Source: Candidatus Methylomirabilota bacterium (GTDB taxonomy: Bacteria > Methylomirabilota > Methylomirabilia > Rokubacteriales > CSP1-6). Taken from it: DNA of 64,000 nt. Positions within the stretch are counted from its first letter, which is position 1. Each line of letters opens with the position of its first letter. The translations under genes were made by a program, and so were the position numbers. A model generated the notes under the pieces. That model was not told where the DNA came from and did no database searches. It saw only the letters and a program-made list of their open reading frames with translations. Below, one piece after another: positions 1 through 9,363 of this stretch. The stretch lies in NCBI GenBank assembly GCA_036506275.1, contig DASXSB010000030.1, positions 46,683 to 110,682 of the forward strand. Reading direction: 5' to 3'.

Positions 1-257
1 CGGATCTCCAGGCCGAACTCTTCGACGCCTGTCAGAAGGGCGACCTCGACGGCGCGCGGCGGATCGACGATCGCCTGCACCCGCTCGTGCAGGTCTTCTA
101 CGCGCCGCCTTTCGTGGACATGCACAATCGGATGAAGGAAGCGCTCGTCCTCCTCGGCCGTATCCCCGGCGCGCACGTCCGACCGCCGCTCACGCCCGTC
201 ACCGACGGGGAGCGCGGGGACGTCCGGGCCGCGCTCGTCGCGGCCGGCCTCCTCTGA
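1..257 (+). CDS. dapA: 4-hydroxy-tetrahydrodipicolinate synthase (DapA family), C-terminal fragment (5' partial, frame 3)
   Basis: Frame starting at nt 3 translates ...VRPPLTPVTDGERGDVRAALVAAGLL*. This matches the conserved DapA C-terminal tail (E. coli ...[25 protein letters not shown]). The stop TGA is at 255-257. Confidence 0.7.
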   Translation, partial: DLQAELFDACQKGDLDGARRIDDRLHPLVQVFYAPPFVDMHNRMKEALVLLGRIPGAHVRPPLTPVTDGERGDVRAALVAAGLL

Positions 258-577
258 TTCGTAGCGCGGGTCGCGGCGGAGCTGGCGGGCCGTGCCCCGC
301 CGCGCCACCCGGTTGCGGAACGAAGTATGACTATCTCTACAGCGAGAAGGAGCTGGCGGAGCGAGCGGCCGGTGCAGTGAACGGCACGGCCGAGCGCGTC
401 CACCTCGCCATGAACAATAACAACCGGACTACGCGGTCACCAACGGGCTCAAGCTCGAGGAGATGCTGCTCGAGGACTGAAACCCACCGGATCGCGCCGC
501 CCTGATCGAGGAACTGGACGAGCGGCGCGTCCGGACGAAGCCCGGACCACGCCGCCGTCGCCGCGCGGCGTAGCCGT

Positions 578-3500
578 TCACACGCCCAGATCCCCAAGCT
601 CGGGGATGAGCCGCATGCGCTCAAGGCCCGCACGCAGGCCGGGATCCTGCGTGCGCGCGATCAGCGGTGCCAGAACCACGAGCGCAGCGCGATAGGACTC
701 GCGTGCATCATCCTTGCGGCCGAGCGCGGCGTGGAGTCGTCCGCGCGCGAGGTGGCTCAGCCAGGTCTGGCGGGGTTGCGCGATGGCCTCGGCCGTCGCG
801 AGGGCGCGGCGGAGAGCGTCATCCGCCTCACCCCATGCGCGCCGCATGGTCGCCGCCTCGCCCCTGATCCGCCACGCCCAGCTCTCGAACTTCCGCGATC
901 CCGTCGGCGTTGCGAGTTCGAGGCTCTGATCCGCATGCCGTCGCGCCCGATCGGGGTCGCCGCGGAGCAGCGCGAGCTGTGCGAGGCTTGCGTAGCAATG
1001 CATACCGTATCGCCACGTCATCCAACGCGAGGGCGGGGGATGCTGGACGGTGTGATGGCTCTCGTCGAGCGCGTTCGCGGCGGCCGCGAAATCACCTTGT
1101 GCCATGAGCGCATCGCCCTCATTGTTGCGGATGAACGAGCGCCGTTCGGCACCGGTGCCGTGTCCGGCGCGTGACGACACGTTCGTCAGCTCGTACGAAC
1201 GTTCCGACCAGGTGATCCCGGCGGCGAAGTCGCCACACTCGATGCGGACCCAGCCGATCGTATTGAGATAGCGCGGGATGAAGGCCTCGTCCCCGATCTT
1301 TTCCGCCAGCGAAAGTCCTTCGCTCAGCGCCGCGAGCGCCTCGTGATATTCCCCCAGGTTGTGCCACGCCGACGCGCGATTCCACAGACAACGCAGTAAT
1401 GGGATGACGAGCCGATGTTCGCGTGCCAGGCACAGACCCTCTTCGGCGAAGGCCAGGCCGTCCGTGTATCGGTCCTGCCAACCACTGATCATCGACAGGA
1501 AGTGGAGCGACATCGCCTGGCGGTTCGCATCGCCGACTTCCCGTCCGAGAGCGCGGGCACGGTGACCGTCGCGCGCGCCGTCGTCGAGGTGTCCATTGAG
1601 CCCCTTCAGGTACCCGCGAACGAAGATGGCGCCACCGAGTTGCGCGCGGGCCCCGGCCGGCTCCGCGATGTCGATCGCTTCCTGCACGCGGGCGTGGGCG
1701 CCCGAAAAGTCCTCCGACCATTGAAGGGCGGACGCGATCTGCACGAGCGCGCCCGCCTCCGCGGCACGGTCGCCGACACGACGAGCGAGGGCCAAGAGCT
1801 GCTCCGCTTCCTCCGCGGAGCGGCGAAAAGCGCCAATGCCGAGGAAGAGATCGGCGCGTGCGCGATGGATGGCCATGGGTGTCGAGGCCGGCACACGATC
1901 GCCGAGCCTGCGCACGGCCTCCAGGGCGTCGCCATAGAGGTCGAGCGCCGGGCGCAGCGCGAAGGCGCGTGTCGCCTTCTCGGCCGCTCGCCGCAGGTAC
2001 TCGAGCGCACGCTCCCAGTCTTCGCTCTTCGAGAAGTGGTGCGCGAGCATCTCGTAGTGTTCGGAGAGCCGGTCCGCGTAGAGCTCTTCGATGGCGCGGC
2101 CGACCACCCCGTGCAGTTCCTTGCGGCGTTGCACAAGGAGGGATTCGTACGCCACGTCCTGGGTGAGGGCGTGCTTGAACATGTAGGCCAGCTCAGGATA
2201 GAGGCGCCGCTCGTGGATGAGCTCGAGCGCGGTAAGCTCGCGGAGGAGCTCGTCGCTTCGCTCCCGGATCTCGGCGAGACGATCGACGAGCCGTCGCGTG
2301 AACTCGCGGCCGATGACGGAGGCCAGCTGCAGCGTGCGCTTCGGCGCCTCCCCCAATCGATCGATGCGCGCCGCGATCACGTCGTGGATGGTGTCGGGAA
2401 TCGTGAGCTCGTGCGCGGGCCGGGAGAGCACGAGCCGTCCCTCCACGCTCCGGAGAGCCCCGCTCTCTCCGAGGGACTTCACGAGCTCCTCGATATAGAA
2501 CGGATTGCCTTCCGCCCGGGCTCCGAGCATGTCCCGAAGCTCGTCGGGAAGAACGTCGGCGTCGAGGACGGCGGCGGCCATGCGCGCCCCGTCGTCGGCA
2601 GACAGCGCGGCCGGGACGATGCGCGTGACGTAGGTGCGGTCACCGAACGGGCCCGTGTAGCCTGGACGATAGGTGAAGACGAGGAGAACGCGCAGCGCGG
2701 GAGCACTGTTCACGAGTGACACGAGAAACTGTTCGCTGGAGCTGTCGATCCAGTGCAGATCCTCCACGACGATCACCTGCGGCCGTGGATCGGCGGCACC
2801 CGCGAGGAGACGCCGCATGGCGTCGAATGTCTCGGCCCGTCGCTGGGCTGGGCTCATGCCGCGAACGTCACTGTCCCCGGGGTCAACGGAGAGCAGCGCC
2901 CGGAGATACGGTGTCATGCTCTGAAGGTGATCACCGATCTCGCGGACGCCGTGTTCGATCTTGGCCACGATGGCGGCGTCGTCATCGCTCTCGTCGATGC
3001 CGAACCGTCGCCGGACGAGATCGACGAGCGGGTGAAACGCCATGGTGCGCCCGAACGAGAGACAGTGGCCTTCGTGCCATGCCGCGGCGTCGCCGAGGTG
3101 CCGACGAAACTCGTGGAGCAGACGAGATTTACCGATGCCGGCCTCGCCCACGATGAACACAACTCGCCCCTGGCCGGTGCGGGCCGTGTCGAACGCCTCC
3201 AGTAGGAGCCCGAGTTCCCGGTCCCGTCCCATGAACGGTGTCAGGCCCCGCTCCCGCGCCGCTTCCAGTCGGGTGCGTGACTCACGCGCGGCCAGTGCCT
3301 CCCAGGCCACGACCGGCTCGTCGCGTCCCTTGACGTGGACTTCGCCGATGCGCCGCGTGTCGAAGTACCCGCGGACGAGGCGGTGCGTCCCATCCGAGAT
3401 CGTCACGCGGCCCGGCTCGGCGATCTGCTGCAGGCGTGCGGCGACGTTGGTGGTGTCGCCGATGGCCGTGTAGTCCATCCGCAGATCGCCGCCGATGGCG

Positions 3501-4081
3501 CCTACGACGACGAGGCCGGTGTTGAGGCCTTGGCGAACGCGACACGTGATGCCGCGGGGAGCGAGCTCGGACTGCCAGGTCTCGAGGGTGCGGGCGATGC
3601 CGAGCGCGGCGTGGACAGCGCGGCGGGCATGGTCCTCGTGGGCGATCGGCGCGCCGAAGAGCGCCATGATGCCGTCGCCGAGGAACTGGTTGACCGTGCC
3701 TTCGTACCGATGCACTTCCGCGAGCATGAGGTCGAAGGCATGCCGCATGAGGCGGTGCACCTCTTCGGGGTCGAGGCGCTCGGACAGTGACGTGAATCCG
3801 GACACGTCGACGAACAGGACCGTGACTTGTTTGCGCTCGCCTTCGAGCGCCGCTTTCGAAGTGAGGATCTTGTCGGCGAGATGCTTCGGCGTGTACGACT
3901 CCGGGCTGGCGAAGCGCGGCGGGGACGGCTGCTCCAGCGCCGTCGCGCACTGACCGCAGAACTTGTTGTCAGGAGGGTTCGACGCCCCGCACGACGGACA
4001 GACCACGGGAAGTGGCCCCGCGCACTGGCCGCAGAATCGGCTTCGAGGGGGAGTCTCGGCTTGGCACCGGGGACACTTCAT
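578..4081 (-). CDS. Multidomain signalling protein: double zinc ribbon + class III adenylate/guanylate cyclase + AAA/STAND ATPase + TPR repeats
   Basis: ORF 578..4300; real start taken at M74 (MKCPRCQAE..., nt 4081). The N-terminus carries two CxxC...CxxC ribbons. Cyclase-domain motifs VTVLFVDVSGFTSL and GDGIMALFGAP are present. A Walker A motif GEAGIGKSRL is present. The C-terminal half is TPR-like helical repeats. Confidence 0.85.
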   Translation of the reverse strand: MKCPRCQAETPPRSRFCGQCAGPLPVVCPSCGASNPPDNKFCGQCATALEQPSPPRFASPESYTPKHLADKILTSKAALEGERKQVTVLFVDVSGFTSLSERLDPEEVHRLMRHAFDLMLAEVHRYEGTVNQFLGDGIMALFGAPIAHEDHARRAVHAALGIARTLETWQSELAPRGITCRVRQGLNTGLVVVGAIGGDLRMDYTAIGDTTNVAARLQQIAEPGRVTISDGTHRLVRGYFDTRRIGEVHVKGRDEPVVAWEALAARESRTRLEAARERGLTPFMGRDRELGLLLEAFDTARTGQGRVVFIVGEAGIGKSRLLHEFRRHLGDAAAWHEGHCLSFGRTMAFHPLVDLVRRRFGIDESDDDAAIVAKIEHGVREIGDHLQSMTPYLRALLSVDPGDSDVRGMSPAQRRAETFDAMRRLLAGAADPRPQVIVVEDLHWIDSSSEQFLVSLVNSAPALRVLLVFTYRPGYTGPFGDRTYVTRIVPAALSADDGARMAAAVLDADVLPDELRDMLGARAEGNPFYIEELVKSLGESGALRSVEGRLVLSRPAHELTIPDTIHDVIAARIDRLGEAPKRTLQLASVIGREFTRRLVDRLAEIRERSDELLRELTALELIHERRLYPELAYMFKHALTQDVAYESLLVQRRKELHGVVGRAIEELYADRLSEHYEMLAHHFSKSEDWERALEYLRRAAEKATRAFALRPALDLYGDALEAVRRLGDRVPASTPMAIHRARADLFLGIGAFRRSAEEAEQLLALARRVGDRAAEAGALVQIASALQWSEDFSGAHARVQEAIDIAEPAGARAQLGGAIFVRGYLKGLNGHLDDGARDGHRARALGREVGDANRQAMSLHFLSMISGWQDRYTDGLAFAEEGLCLAREHRLVIPLLRCLWNRASAWHNLGEYHEALAALSEGLSLAEKIGDEAFIPRYLNTIGWVRIECGDFAAGITWSERSYELTNVSSRAGHGTGAERRSFIRNNEGDALMAQGDFAAAANALDESHHTVQHPPPSRWMTWRYGMHCYASLAQLALLRGDPDRARRHADQSLELATPTGSRKFESWAWRIRGEAATMRRAWGEADDALRRALATAEAIAQPRQTWLSHLARGRLHAALGRKDDARESYRAALVVLAPLIARTQDPGLRAGLERMRLIPELGDLGV

Positions 4082-4341
4082 GCCAGCGCCTCCACGCCGC
4101 CGGGCTCGCGAAGTGGTAACGGTGGGCCGAGAATAAGTGTGCAAGGCTTGGGCGGTCAAGGACACCGCCGTGCCGCGGTACGCCCTCTGGAGAAGCGGCG
4201 CCCGTCTTCTTACAGTCGCACGCGGCGAAGGAGCTGGGCGTTCACCGTCCGGGCGCCGGGCTTGCGTGGTCCGACCGCATGGTATTAGATATGTCGCCAC
4301 TTTCTCACCCGTGCCCTCCCCTGGGCATTGAAGGAGGTCCG

Positions 4342-5655
4342 ATGATGGGCGACCGTTGGCAGGATCAGCCGTGGGCGCAGGACATGTGGTGGAGCGGCAA
4401 GACCACGCGCCGAACGTTTCTCTCCTTTTCCGCGGCCGCGGCAGGCGCTCTCGGTGCCAGCCTTCTCGTGCCCGCTCCCTGGCGCGACGCCTTCGGTCAG
4501 GCGAAGCCCTACAAGATCGGCACTCTGCAGCCGCTGACGGGCGCGGCCGCCGCGGGCGGGATCACCGCCCTCGTGGGCACGCAGCTCGCCGTGGATCGCA
4601 TCAACAAGAGTGGCGGCATCAACGGCCGGCCCATCGAGCTGGTCGTCGAGGACTACCAGTCCAAGCCCGACACCGGCCGCCGGAAGGCCGAGAAGCTCGC
4701 CGTCGAGGACAAGGTCGACGCCCACGAGGGCGGCTTCCTGTCCAACGTCTGCATCGCGTGCGCGCCGGTGTGGGAAGAGCACAAGATCGTGAACATGATC
4801 GGCGTCTGTCTCGACACCACGCTCACCACCAGCAAGTGCAGCCGCTATACGTTCCGGCCGTTCGACTACGCGCCCGCACAGGCGGTGGCCTTCGCGCCGT
4901 ACCTGGTCTCGAAGCTGGGCAAGAAGTGGCACCTCGCGTACGCGGATTACGCGTGGGGGCAGTCGACGCGCGACGCCTACGCGGATCAGATCAAGAAGGC
5001 GGGCGGCGAAGTGGAAGGTACCACCGGCATCCCGCTCGGGACCGCCGACATGACGCCGTTCCTTTCCAAGATCAGCGGCAACTTCGACGGCCTGTTCGGG
5101 ATTTTCTTCGGCAAGGACGGCGTCACCATCGGGACGCAAGCGTTCGACCTCGGCCTCACGCGCAAGTACAAGTGGGCGGGCGACGGCGCCATCGCGGAAT
5201 CGACGAACCTGCCCGCCCTCGGCAACAAGATCGAGGGCTTCGTTGGCATCAACCGGTACGTGCCCGTCCTCGACAAGCCGCTCGACACCCCGTACCACAA
5301 GCGGTGGTTCGAGGAGGCCAAGGCCGCGCTCAAGAAAGTCGATCCGCAGGGCCCGCTTCCGGACCGCTACGTGCAATCCAACTTCGAGGCGATGAACTTC
5401 CTGAAGCTCGGCATCCAGAAATCGGGCTTCCAGGGCCGGCAGGACACGCCGAAGCTGATCGCCGCCCTCGAAGGCCTGGACGTGAAGGAGAGCGACGACT
5501 TCCCGCAGGGCGACAAGACGCTCCGCAAGGAAGACCACCAGGCGTTCATCCGCGAGTTCATCTTCGAGATCAAGGGTGGCAAGCACCAGATCGTGCAGGT
5601 GGTGCCGAAAGAGAAGACCGTGTTCCCGCCCGCCTGTCAGTTCCCGGCGGCGTGA
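4342..5655 (+). CDS. ABC transporter substrate-binding protein, branched-chain amino acid (LivK/LivJ, Peripla_BP_6) family
   Basis: ORF 4279..5655; start chosen at M22 (nt 4342), preceded by GGAGG. A Tat/Sec-like signal is present (RRTFLSFSAAAAGALGASLL). The Liv-type SBP core reads KIGTLQPLTGAAAAGG. Confidence 0.85.
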   Translation: MMGDRWQDQPWAQDMWWSGKTTRRTFLSFSAAAAGALGASLLVPAPWRDAFGQAKPYKIGTLQPLTGAAAAGGITALVGTQLAVDRINKSGGINGRPIELVVEDYQSKPDTGRRKAEKLAVEDKVDAHEGGFLSNVCIACAPVWEEHKIVNMIGVCLDTTLTTSKCSRYTFRPFDYAPAQAVAFAPYLVSKLGKKWHLAYADYAWGQSTRDAYADQIKKAGGEVEGTTGIPLGTADMTPFLSKISGNFDGLFGIFFGKDGVTIGTQAFDLGLTRKYKWAGDGAIAESTNLPALGNKIEGFVGINRYVPVLDKPLDTPYHKRWFEEAKAALKKVDPQGPLPDRYVQSNFEAMNFLKLGIQKSGFQGRQDTPKLIAALEGLDVKESDDFPQGDKTLRKEDHQAFIREFIFEIKGGKHQIVQVVPKEKTVFPPACQFPAA

Positions 5656-6449
5656 CCGATCACCGCGTGGACGGGGCGACGGCGCCGGCAGCAGCCGGCG
5701 GCGTCGTCGCCCCGCCGCCCCTCTTGCGCACAGAGGGGCTCACGGTGCGCTTCGGCGGTCTCACCGCCTTGAACAACGTGAGCGTGGAAGTGCAGCCGGG
5801 CGAGGTGCGCGCGATCATCGGCCCCAACGGCGCCGGCAAGTCGACGTTCTTCAACTGCCTCACCGGCGTCATCCACCCCACCAGCGGCCGCATCGTCTTC
5901 GACGGTGACGACGTCACCGGTCTCACCCCCGACCGGATCTCTCGCCGCGGCGTGGCGCGCTCGTACCAGATCACCAACATCCTCCCCGGCGCCACCGTGC
6001 TCGAGAACGTGCGCGTGGCCACGCAGTCGCGACATCACGCCTGGAGCCTGCTCCGTCACCACCGGTCGTTTCCGGACGTGCTGGAGCGGGCGCACGCGGT
6101 GCTGGCGTCGGTCGGTCTCGCCGGCAAGGACGACGAGCTCGCCGCCAACCTCTCGCACGGCGAGCAGCGCACGCTGGAGATCGCCATCGCGCTCGCCACC
6201 GAGCCCAAGCTGCTCTGCCTCGACGAGCCCACGGCGGGGATGAGCGTGACGGAGACGCATCAGACCGTGGAGCTGGTCCGCCGCCTCGCCGCCCATCTCA
6301 CCATCCTCATCGTCGAGCACGACATGGAAGTGGTGATGGGGCTGGCGCGAACGATCACCGTGCTCCATTACGGCGAGGTGCTGGCGGAAGGCTCGCCGGC
6401 CGAGATCCAGGCGAACGCCCGGGTGCAGGACGTCTATCTCAAGACGTGA
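5652..6449 (+). CDS. ABC transporter ATP-binding protein (LivG-like)
   Basis: This is the C-terminal part of track ORF 4356..6449; the upstream part of that ORF is an out-of-frame overlap with the SBP gene. Walker A GPNGAGKST, the LSHGEQRTLEIA signature and Walker B LLCLDEPTAGM are present. GTG at 5652 overlaps the SBP stop (GTGA). An alternative GTG lies at 5667. Confidence 0.8.
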   Translation: MTDHRVDGATAPAAAGGVVAPPPLLRTEGLTVRFGGLTALNNVSVEVQPGEVRAIIGPNGAGKSTFFNCLTGVIHPTSGRIVFDGDDVTGLTPDRISRRGVARSYQITNILPGATVLENVRVATQSRHHAWSLLRHHRSFPDVLERAHAVLASVGLAGKDDELAANLSHGEQRTLEIAIALATEPKLLCLDEPTAGMSVTETHQTVELVRRLAAHLTILIVEHDMEVVMGLARTITVLHYGEVLAEGSPAEIQANARVQDVYLKT

Positions 6450-7156
6450 TGCTGACCCTGGCCGACGTCCACGCCCACTACGGCAAGTCGCACGTCCTCC
6501 ACGGCGTATCGATCGACGTCGCCGCCGGCGAGGTGGTCGGGCTCCTCGGCCGCAACGGCGTGGGAAAGAGCACGACGCTGAAGGCGATCATGGGGTTGGT
6601 GCCGGCGTCGTCGGGGAAGATCCTCTTCGAGGGCCGAGACCTCGTCGACCTGCCGGCGCACCGGCTCGCCCGCCTCGGGATCGCGTACGTGCCGGAAGAT
6701 CGACGCATCTTCCGGCTGCTCACGGTGCTCGAAAATCTGCGCACCGGCCTCGACCGCCACGGTGTCACCGAGGAACGCCGCCAGGCGCTCCTCGAAAAAG
6801 TGTATCGGCACTTTCCGGTGCTGCGCGAACGGCGCGGACAGCAGGGGGGAACGCTGTCGGGGGGCGAGCAGCAGATGCTCGCCATCGCGCGCGCGATGAT
6901 GCTGGAGCCGAAGATCATCCTCCTCGACGAGCCCACCGAAGGCCTCATGCCGCGCATGGTGAGCCAGATCCGCGAGATCATCCAGGTGCTCCACGCGGAC
7001 GGGGTCGCGATTCTGCTCGTGGAGCAGAACGTGCCGCTCACACTCCAGGTGAGCAATCGCGTCTACATCATGGAGAAGGGCACCGTGCGCCACCAGGCGG
7101 CGGCGTCCGCCCTCCGTGTCGACAGCGCCGTGATCCATCAGTACCTCGGAGTGTAG
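6446..7156 (+). CDS. ABC transporter ATP-binding protein (LivF-like)
   Basis: Walker A GRNGVGKST, signature LSGGEQQMLAIARA and Walker B ILLDEPTEGL are present. The start overlaps the livG stop. Confidence 0.85.
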   Translation: MMLTLADVHAHYGKSHVLHGVSIDVAAGEVVGLLGRNGVGKSTTLKAIMGLVPASSGKILFEGRDLVDLPAHRLARLGIAYVPEDRRIFRLLTVLENLRTGLDRHGVTEERRQALLEKVYRHFPVLRERRGQQGGTLSGGEQQMLAIARAMMLEPKIILLDEPTEGLMPRMVSQIREIIQVLHADGVAILLVEQNVPLTLQVSNRVYIMEKGTVRHQAAASALRVDSAVIHQYLGV

Positions 7157-7157
7157 G

Positions 7158-8024
7158 GTGCCGTACGAGCAGATCCTGATCCAGACCGTGAACGGCCTCG
7201 TGAGCGGGATGATCCTGGCCCTCGTCGCCTCCGGTCTCACGCTGATCTTCGGCATCATGGACGTCGTCAACTTCGCCCACGGCGAGCTGTTCATGCTGGG
7301 CGCCTACGTGGGGACGACGACGCTGGTGGCCACCGGCAGCTTCTGGGCGGCGCTCCTCGTCGCCTCCGTGCTCATCGGCCTCCTGGGAGCGGCCCTCCAG
7401 ATCACCACCCTGCGGCCACTCCTCGGGCGCGATCCGCTCACGACCATCCTCGCCACCTTCGGCATTTCCCTCGTGCTCCAGAACTACGCGCTCTGGCAAT
7501 ACGGGCCCGTCGCGCGCAAGATCCAGGAGCCGTTCACCGGTCACTTCCGCCTCTTCCACCTCGAGTATCCGTATTACCGGATCGTGATCGCGCTGCTGTC
7601 GGCCGCCATCATCGGGGCGCTGTGGCTCTTCATGAAGTACGGGACGTACGGCATCTGGATCCGCGCCACCACCCAGGATCGCGTCATGGCCGCCGCCATG
7701 GGGATCCCGGTGCCGCTCGTGCACACGGGCGTCTTCGCCATCGGCGCCGCCATGGCGGCGGCGAGCGGGGTGCTCTTCGGGCCGCTCGTCGGTGTCAACC
7801 ACGCGATGGGCGTCGACCTCATCCTGCGGGCGTTCATCGTCGTGGTGGTGGGCGGAATGGGGAACCTGGGCGGGTCCGTGCTGGCCGCCATCTTCATCAG
7901 CCTCGCGGAGTCGTTCGCATCGATCTGGGTGAGCCCGGCGCAGGCGGTCATCGTGTCGTTCGTGGTCTTGATCCTCACCCTCCTCTTCCGCCCCACCGGT
8001 CTCTTCGTCCCCACTCCGAAATGA
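7158..8024 (+). CDS. Branched-chain amino acid ABC permease (LivH-like)
   Basis: Polytopic membrane protein with the LivH N-terminal pattern ...NGLVSGMILALVASGLTLIFGIMDVVNFAHGE. GTG start sits 1 nt after the livF stop. Confidence 0.85.
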   Translation: MPYEQILIQTVNGLVSGMILALVASGLTLIFGIMDVVNFAHGELFMLGAYVGTTTLVATGSFWAALLVASVLIGLLGAALQITTLRPLLGRDPLTTILATFGISLVLQNYALWQYGPVARKIQEPFTGHFRLFHLEYPYYRIVIALLSAAIIGALWLFMKYGTYGIWIRATTQDRVMAAAMGIPVPLVHTGVFAIGAAMAAASGVLFGPLVGVNHAMGVDLILRAFIVVVVGGMGNLGGSVLAAIFISLAESFASIWVSPAQAVIVSFVVLILTLLFRPTGLFVPTPK

Positions 8025-8965
8025 CCGGGCGCGCCGGGTTCTGGGTGAGCCTGACGGTCGCCGTCGCGCTGCTGGCGGTGGCGCCGCTCGTCCTCCCCGA
8101 GTTCTGGCGCCGATTCCTCACCGAGATCCTGATCTGGGGACTGCTCGCGATGTCCTCGGACATCCTCATCGGCTACACGGGCATGGTCTCCTTCGGGCAC
8201 TCCGCGTTCTTCGGTATCGGCATGTACGGCACCGCCGCTGCTCTCCTCACCGTCACTCCCCCCAATCTGTGGCTGGGCCTCCTCTACGGCCTGGCGGCGG
8301 CGGGCGTGGTGGCGGGGTTCGTGGCGTTCTTCGCGACGCGCCTGCGCGACATCTATTTCTCGATCACCACCCTCGTGTTCTCCCAGATCTTTTACGTGAT
8401 CATCTTCACCTGGACCGAAGTCACGGGCGGCGAGAACGGCCTCACCTTCCGCCAGCCGGCCTTCTGGATCCCGGGCGTGGTGGAGGTGCGCTTCACTCCC
8501 GTCACCCTCCATTGGTTCGTGCTGGGCGTCGTCACCGTGTCCTACCTGCTCCTCCGCCGCATCACGCAGTCACCGTTCGGCACCGTCTTGCAGTCCATCC
8601 GGGAAAACGAGCCGCGCACGCGCGCCATCGGCTACGCGGTCGAGCGCTACAAGATCGTGGCCGTCATGCTCTCCGGCATCTTCGCGGGTCTGGCCGGGGT
8701 GCTGTACGCCGTTCAGAACAAGTTCGCCGCGCCCGACTTCGTCTTCTTCCTCGTCTCGGGCGAGGTGGTGATCTTCAACGTGATGGGAGGAATGGGCACG
8801 CTGGTGGGGCCGGTCGCCGGCGCCGGCTTCTTCTTCCTACTGCGCGAGCTGTTCTCGCGCTACTTCACCCAGTACTACCTCATCCCGGTCGGCATCATCT
8901 TCACCCTGATGGTGATCTTCATGCCGCAGGGCCTGCTCGGCTTCGCGCGGCGCCGGTTGCACTGA
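8021..8965 (+). CDS. Branched-chain amino acid ABC permease (LivM-like)
   Basis: Track ORF 7622..8965; real start at M134 (MTGRAGFWVSL..., nt 8021), overlapping the livH stop as ATGA. The upstream 133 codons are Arg/His-rich artefact. The protein is polytopic. Confidence 0.85.
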   Translation: MTGRAGFWVSLTVAVALLAVAPLVLPEFWRRFLTEILIWGLLAMSSDILIGYTGMVSFGHSAFFGIGMYGTAAALLTVTPPNLWLGLLYGLAAAGVVAGFVAFFATRLRDIYFSITTLVFSQIFYVIIFTWTEVTGGENGLTFRQPAFWIPGVVEVRFTPVTLHWFVLGVVTVSYLLLRRITQSPFGTVLQSIRENEPRTRAIGYAVERYKIVAVMLSGIFAGLAGVLYAVQNKFAAPDFVFFLVSGEVVIFNVMGGMGTLVGPVAGAGFFFLLRELFSRYFTQYYLIPVGIIFTLMVIFMPQGLLGFARRRLH

Positions 8966-8988
8966 CCGCGCCCCCGCACATCGCGCGC

Positions 8989-9363
8989 TCAGGCGGCGAG
9001 AACCCGGCGCACCGTCTCCGTGAGCGAAACGACCGTGAACGGCTTCTGGAGGAACGCGCCCGGCGGGAGCGGACCGCTCTGGCTGACCACGTCCTCGTGG
9101 GGCTGGCCCGAGATGTAGAGGACGCGGGTGGCGGGGCGAGCCCCACGCACCCGTCCCACCAGAGCGGCGGTGCCGAGGCCGGGCATCTTGAGGTCGAGGA
9201 TCATGAGATCGAGGTCTCCGGGATGGGAGACGGCGAGCTTCAGCGCCGCGTCGCCGTCACCGGCTTCCAGAACGCGATATCCCGCCAGGTGGAGGACCTC
9301 GCGGATCAGGCTTCGTATCTCGCCGTCGTCCTCGACGACCAGTACCGTCGCCGCCTCCGTCAC
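8989..9363 (-). CDS. Single-domain response regulator (CheY-like receiver)
   Basis: VLVVEDDGEIRSLI ... DLMILDLKMPG ... YISG receiver motifs; no output domain. The start overlaps the upstream HK stop. Confidence 0.8.
   Translation of the reverse strand: MTEAATVLVVEDDGEIRSLIREVLHLAGYRVLEAGDGDAALKLAVSHPGDLDLMILDLKMPGLGTAALVGRVRGARPATRVLYISGQPHEDVVSQSGPLPPGAFLQKPFTVVSLTETVRRVLAA

Noticed and set aside
98-633. Minus-strand ORFs 98..403 and 337..633 in the dapA/cyclase convergent gap
   Set aside because: They overlap the dapA 3' end and each other. They give Arg/Ala/Ser-rich low-complexity translations with no start context. I reported the region only as a low-GC island.
4356-5651. N-terminal 430 codons of track ORF 4356..6449 (and the analogous long N-extensions of ORFs 7622.., 49770.., 51693.., 54295.., 55446.., 58893.., 60583..)
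   Set aside because: They lie out of frame over the upstream, well-supported genes. They are Arg/His/Pro-rich junk. In each case the real start is a GTG/ATG overlapping the upstream stop codon.
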